Shown here piece by piece: positions 59,553 to 64,000 of a stretch of 64,000 nt of DNA (the first letter of the stretch is position 1; each line of letters opens with the position of its first letter). The translations under genes and the position numbers were made by a program. Below the pieces are notes generated by a model. That model was given only the letters and a program-made list of their open reading frames with translations, did no database searches and was not told the origin of the DNA. The DNA comes from Parcubacteria bacterium C7867-001 (GTDB lineage Bacteria > Patescibacteriota > Minisyncoccia > Phycocordibacterales > Phycocordibacteraceae), in assembly GCA_001189095.1 (NCBI GenBank), contig LFCK01000001.1:253159-317158 (forward strand), in the 5' to 3' direction.

Positions 59553-59783
59553 TACACAGGACCACTTCGGCCTGCTTGCGTCCAGAGGCTGCACTTGTTA
59601 CATTGCACCCAATGCAATTTGAGCTTTACACCGAGAATGTTCGTCGTCTCCGCCGTACTATGCCGGTTAAGGCTGCCTTTGAGCGTTGGTAACACACCTC
59701 CTACGAACTCTCCAAAGCGGCCTTAACAAGGAGGCCGCTTGTTCTTTTGCACCGTAAAGAAAACATGAAAGGAGCTCGAAACC

Positions 59784-60641
59784 ATGAACAAAGCATGGGA
59801 GGAGTATCGTCAGACTCTCACGCAAGAACTCGGAGACGAGCTCGCGCATGAGTTTGCTGACAGTCTCTATCGACAATCCCGAGGCAATCCTGCTCGGGCG
59901 ACCCGCTTCTTCTACGAACTTGGTATGCAATGGGCTCCGCTCATGCAGCACTGGGGATCGTGGATAGAGCAAAATGCCAACGGAACCGTTGCGCTCATTA
60001 TGCGCGACGCCAAGCCGCTCGGTGTTCTGCCGAGGGCAAAACACTGGAAGCATCTCTACTTGAATCGGCTGGTCTGCGGAATCTCGGACGAATTGTCCGG
60101 CGATTCAACGGCACAGAAACATCCGCTGCTCGAGCGATACCTCAAGCAACAGGGGTGCGCTGAAGAATTCACCTTCGTCGATTCGGGCTGCTACGGCACA
60201 ATTGTGCTTGAGCTGCATCGCATCGGCGTGAAATTCAAACCGCTCTTCTTTTTCTCGAAGAATCCCTCAATTCCGGGATTCCTGAACGAATTAGGAGTAT
60301 CGCTCAAAGACGGCGAATTGTTGAACGATTCGCTTGAGTGCGGCTTCCCGCACCTGCATGCTCGTCCCCTAACGCTCGCAAAGCGATTCGGGAAAGTTCA
60401 GGCCGTTTTGCAGAACTCCGACGCACTGTCCGTTCGCTTCGGCAAAGCGGCAATGCGCGGCGTACAAGAAGCTCGTGACGCCCGAACGGTATCTCCCGAA
60501 CAAGCTGCAGAATCTCTGCTTCGCTTATCCGAGCGCGCCCGATGCGGTGCGTTTACGGGAATTCTCGGTCACACGTCGCCTGAATGGACAAAAAAATCCG
60601 AATTCCTCGAAAGCTGGCCCAAGGAATTGAGCTGGACATGA
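59784..60641 (+). CDS. hypothetical protein (285 aa)
   Basis: RBS AAAGGAG 9 nt upstream; no recognisable motif. Confidence 0.5.
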   Translation: MNKAWEEYRQTLTQELGDELAHEFADSLYRQSRGNPARATRFFYELGMQWAPLMQHWGSWIEQNANGTVALIMRDAKPLGVLPRAKHWKHLYLNRLVCGISDELSGDSTAQKHPLLERYLKQQGCAEEFTFVDSGCYGTIVLELHRIGVKFKPLFFFSKNPSIPGFLNELGVSLKDGELLNDSLECGFPHLHARPLTLAKRFGKVQAVLQNSDALSVRFGKAAMRGVQEARDARTVSPEQAAESLLRLSERARCGAFTGILGHTSPEWTKKSEFLESWPKELSWT

Positions 60642-60707
60642 CAAGGAACCCCTGTGGGGCTATCATCTGGTGATAGCCCCACTTTCGTATCTATGGGAAC
60701 CACACGA

Positions 60708-61478
60708 ATGAAAGAAGTCTTTGGACGCGACAAGAACATCCTCATCGGGATGATTCACTTGCCGCCGCTTCTATCTATCGAGGGATTCCCCGGCATCGAA
60801 CCGATGATCGAGGGGGCCTTGAAAGATCTTGCGGCACTTGAGGCGGCCGGATTCGACGGTGCGCTTGTTGAGAACGACAACGATCGTCCTCATACGGAAT
60901 TTGCCAACGATGCGCAGATAGCAACACTGACACGCGTTGCAGCAGAAGTAACGAAACAAGCATCGATACCGGTTGGTGTACAGATGATGCTGAACGACTG
61001 GAAAGCGTCATTCGCGATCGCGCGAGCGGTTGACGCCGCGTTTACACGCCTCGACGTCTTTGTCGACGACGTTACTTCGGAATGGGGAGAGATCCACCCT
61101 GACCCCGATCAGATCATGATGTATAAAAAGGAAATCTATCCTGAGCTCTTTCTATGCACGGATATTCAGGTGAAGTACAAGACGATGATCACTCCTCGTC
61201 CGCTTGAGGAATCGGCTCGACTTGCCCTTGAAAAAGGCTCCGACGCGCTCGTTATCACCGGAACTGCAACCGGTGTTGAAACACCGACCGAGAAATTGAT
61301 CGCAATTCGCACCGCATTTCCCGAGGTTCCGATCATAATCGGAGCTGGCCTGACTGCAGAAAACGCAGCTGAACAGCTTACGTACGCAAACGGCGCGCTA
61401 GTCGGGACCTCCATAAAAACCGGAGACCGCGTCGACGTTGAAAAGGCGCGCGCCGTACGCGCTGCAGCTTCTAAGTAA
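60708..61478 (+). CDS. BtpA/SgcQ-family TIM-barrel protein
   Basis: N-terminus KNILIGMIHLPPL is characteristic of the BtpA family; start chosen at the internal ATG. Confidence 0.7.
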   Translation: MKEVFGRDKNILIGMIHLPPLLSIEGFPGIEPMIEGALKDLAALEAAGFDGALVENDNDRPHTEFANDAQIATLTRVAAEVTKQASIPVGVQMMLNDWKASFAIARAVDAAFTRLDVFVDDVTSEWGEIHPDPDQIMMYKKEIYPELFLCTDIQVKYKTMITPRPLEESARLALEKGSDALVITGTATGVETPTEKLIAIRTAFPEVPIIIGAGLTAENAAEQLTYANGALVGTSIKTGDRVDVEKARAVRAAASK

Positions 61479-61487
61479 GAAAGACTA

Positions 61488-61522
61488 AAAAAACCCGGCC
61501 GCTCTGCGGCCGGGTTTCCGTT
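61488..61522. terminator. bidirectional terminator
   Basis: aaaaaacccggccgctctgcggccgggtttccgtt. Confidence 0.65.
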
Positions 61523-62654
61523 ATGGACGGGGAACAACGCTGGTTTCAAACGGAGCGATGATCTGCGCGGCACGATCGCCGAGCGGAACAGCTGCGTTTG
61601 CAAACAAGAGTCGCTGACCCGGTTCGAGCGCGTACAGGGTTTCGCCGTCGCGCGCCACAATGCTGCAGCGCAGTGGGACGAAATCAAGCGGTGCGTTTGT
61701 TACTGGCGCACCGTTCTCATCGAGAAACGAGAACTCATCCGAGTTCCTCACGATAGGTTTTATGCACTGCCACACGTCGAACCCTTCGGGCTCGGCGAGC
61801 AGTGTATTTCCACCGACCGCACGCGCTAGATTTTCATAGAGCTGCGGCGTAAACGTCACGTGATCAAGGTGACCGATAGTCCCTTGTTCGAACGTCGCCG
61901 CATGTGCGTGATACTCTGCGGCCATGTAGCCGGCCCACGTTGTATGCGTCACACGCATGTCGTTCAAGACTGCGCCCGCGACGATATCGCTGTAGTGCTC
62001 AAAGATCCACTTCAGCGTCTCATCGACGTTGGTGTGCGGATAGAGCATTGCGTAGGTATATTCGGTCCTGTCCCCAGTGGGGCGAACCGTACTAAGTACC
62101 GGCACCGCGAAGCTCTGATGGATATCAATCGCTTCGACACGACATCCAGACGCGATGTGCGCTGCATGCATGAGGTTGTTTGCGCGCCGCTCGGCGTAAC
62201 ACCGAGCTTCGTTAAACAAACCGCGATTAAAGCATCGATTGAGATTGGCAGTAACGCCCACCTCAGGCTCGATGCATCGTACGCCGCGACCGTCATTAGC
62301 GGCCATTGCGGCAAGATTGCCGTACATCAAAAGCAAATTTCTTCGGACCGGAATGCTCCCGTTCAGAATGTTGTGGACGAGACGATCGAGAATCACGATT
62401 CCCGCTTTCTCGTCTCCATGAATGCCACCGGTAATGACGAACAAGTCGTCGTCACCGTGTCGGCTTTCAACTTCAATGATGCCGGGCCCTCGAAGGGTCA
62501 TCCGAAGGATATCTGGATTTCGATGCTCGAGCGTGCTCGGGTAGCGCTCCTTGGTTCCTTCTGGGTCACGCATTGCGCGCGCTGAGAGGTTTTGGGGATC
62601 GTCAATATGCCACCTAGTCATAGGGGTACTCCTGCGAAACTTGACAAAGTCCAA
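61521..62654 (-). CDS. succinylglutamate desuccinylase/aspartoacylase (AstE/AspA) family zinc hydrolase
   Basis: VITGGIHGDEKAG zinc-binding motif. Confidence 0.7.
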   Translation of the reverse strand: MDFVKFRRSTPMTRWHIDDPQNLSARAMRDPEGTKERYPSTLEHRNPDILRMTLRGPGIIEVESRHGDDDLFVITGGIHGDEKAGIVILDRLVHNILNGSIPVRRNLLLMYGNLAAMAANDGRGVRCIEPEVGVTANLNRCFNRGLFNEARCYAERRANNLMHAAHIASGCRVEAIDIHQSFAVPVLSTVRPTGDRTEYTYAMLYPHTNVDETLKWIFEHYSDIVAGAVLNDMRVTHTTWAGYMAAEYHAHAATFEQGTIGHLDHVTFTPQLYENLARAVGGNTLLAEPEGFDVWQCIKPIVRNSDEFSFLDENGAPVTNAPLDFVPLRCSIVARDGETLYALEPGQRLLFANAAVPLGDRAAQIIAPFETSVVPRP

Positions 62655-62814
62655 TTGGATTTTATAGCCCGCTCTAACGGGCTTCCACCTGACCCCACTC
62701 TACTCCGTAAAAAAGACCTGACAACTCGATTATTTGACAGGCAACAGCCTTCCTATACCGTGAAGAAAGAAGGGTGTTATGTGCATCCTCGTTCGTCAAG
62801 AAAGGACGTTCTAG

Positions 62815-63684
62815 ATGTTGCTAGAGACAACGAAGTTCACCTCCATGAAGTCCGGTCCGCATCTCGTCGTATTCGGCGCGATTCACGGAGACGAAGTGTG
62901 TGGTCCTCGTGCGATACGAGGAATCATCGCTGACTTAGAAGCCGGCAACCTTACACTCGCGTCGGGCTCGGTAACGTTCGTCCCCATTTGTAACCCTGAA
63001 GCACACGCTGCAGGGAAGCGATCGATCGACGAAAACCTGAACCGCGTGTTCTGTGTGACCGATAGCCCGCAAAGCTACGAGGCGAGGCTCGCGAACGAAT
63101 TGTGTCCCCTGATGACGGGAGCCGACGTGTTCCTCGATATTCATTCGCAGAATGCGCCGGGACCCGTGAGCCTCTTCACTGATTATCCTGAAGATCCTCG
63201 CAACCGAGCGCTCGCGGCGGCGCTCCCGTCGAAATACGTACTCCTCGGTTGGCCCGCTATTTACGAAGAGACCGAACATGATTTCGGTTCATATAGCACA
63301 AACCGCTGCGCCCATGAGAATGGCGCAGCTGAGGTGCTGATCGAGTGCGGGCAGAACGAGGACCCTGAAGCGGCGGTAGTCGCTCGCGAAGTTATTCTGC
63401 GAACGCTGGCGCACCTGAACATGATCGACCCGTTGCCCGCACTTTCTAGTGACGCAGAAACGGTCAACATCCGGATGAAGCGCGTGTACGCACACGAACA
63501 TCCTGACGATCGGTTCGAAAAGGAATGGGAGCATCTTGAGCTCGTTTCCAAGGGAACCTGCATCGCAGTCCGCGCAACAGGGGAACGAATTGTGGTCGAT
63601 TGCGACAGCATCGTGATCTTCCCGAAGGTTACCGCTACTCCCGGAGAAGAGTGGTTCTATCTGGGAGAAGTCGAACCGAACTAG
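62815..63684 (+). CDS. succinylglutamate desuccinylase/aspartoacylase (AstE/AspA) family zinc hydrolase, paralog
   Basis: VVFGAIHGDEVCG and FLDIHS motifs; divergent from the paralog at 61521-62654. Confidence 0.7.
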   Translation: MLLETTKFTSMKSGPHLVVFGAIHGDEVCGPRAIRGIIADLEAGNLTLASGSVTFVPICNPEAHAAGKRSIDENLNRVFCVTDSPQSYEARLANELCPLMTGADVFLDIHSQNAPGPVSLFTDYPEDPRNRALAAALPSKYVLLGWPAIYEETEHDFGSYSTNRCAHENGAAEVLIECGQNEDPEAAVVAREVILRTLAHLNMIDPLPALSSDAETVNIRMKRVYAHEHPDDRFEKEWEHLELVSKGTCIAVRATGERIVVDCDSIVIFPKVTATPGEEWFYLGEVEPN

Positions 63685-63685
63685 T

Positions 63686-63724
63686 ACGTAAGTCCGGCCG
63701 CTCTGCGGCCGGACTTTTTTCTTT
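63686..63724 (+). terminator. intrinsic terminator
   Basis: gtccggccgctctgcggccggacttttttc. Confidence 0.7.
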
Positions 63725-64000
63725 TCCCTCAACATCTCCTTGACGCCCCTACAAACGTTCGGTAGTGTGTTTTTATGGTTCAAGGAATGTCGTATTACTT
63801 TACGTGGCACGTCTCTTCGCGAGAAGCGGGCGGTCTTTTGCGTATTTAAGTAAAAGTCCCTTAAGAAACAGCCCCGCTTCTCGAAAGAGAGCGGGGCTGT
63901 TTCTTTTTGTTCATGAACACCGTGCTGGCGGAGTCTAGAAGCCGCCAGCACGGTGCACAGGCACCATGTAGTTCTTTATAGAGAAGAGAAAGGAACAGCA

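Overview
This 64-kb window comes from a GC-rich (~58%) bacterial chromosome with an unusually high density of housekeeping genes, which suggests a small, streamlined genome.

Housekeeping content:
- A complete F1Fo ATP synthase operon (atpB-E-F-H-A-G-D-C).
- ychF, leuS, mnmA, ung, alaS and argS.
- A ribosomal/RNA polymerase block (infA-rpmJ-rpsM-rpsK-rpsD-rpoA-rplQ, then rplM-rpsI).
- A split chaperone locus (grpE ... dnaK-dnaJ).

Several core proteins are minimal versions: a 121-aa ATP synthase delta, an 82-aa epsilon, an AlaRS lacking the C-terminal C-Ala domain, and an L36 without zinc-binding cysteines.

Other recognisable genes:
- Cell-envelope and protease genes: CPBP intramembrane protease, SLT-domain protein, MltG, an M13 peptidase and a GNAT acetyltransferase.
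- Regulators: a sigma-70 region 4/HARE-HTH protein, a SET-domain protein and an orphan sensor histidine kinase.
- Enzymes: HD hydrolase, NAD(P)H:quinone oxidoreductase-like flavoprotein, a fold-III PLP decarboxylase, BtpA and two divergent AstE/AspA-family genes.
- DNA/RNA-processing and stress genes: an NYN ribonuclease-like gene, an ATP-cone+Mrr-like nuclease, a Cas4-like PD-(D/E)xK nuclease, an Ogt-domain protein and two cold-shock genes.
- An orphan Flp-type pilin.

The most unusual observations are:
1. A complete Nudix hydrolase domain inserted inside leucyl-tRNA synthetase.
2. A recurring cassette made of a near-consensus sigma70 promoter, a tiny hydrophobic peptide ORF and an intrinsic terminator, with three cassettes in tandem at 32.6-33.5 kb and more elsewhere.
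3. A ~0.5-kb AT-rich (~36% GC) gene inserted after rpsI and flanked by two copies of the rpsI terminator.
4. Two long perfect palindromes downstream of dnaJ.
5. A cluster of nuclease/DNA-repair-like genes next to mnmA.

No rRNA, tRNA or CRISPR array was found. All calls rest on reading the translations and motifs by eye. Start codons are approximate; the ORF track uses GTG/TTG starts in places.
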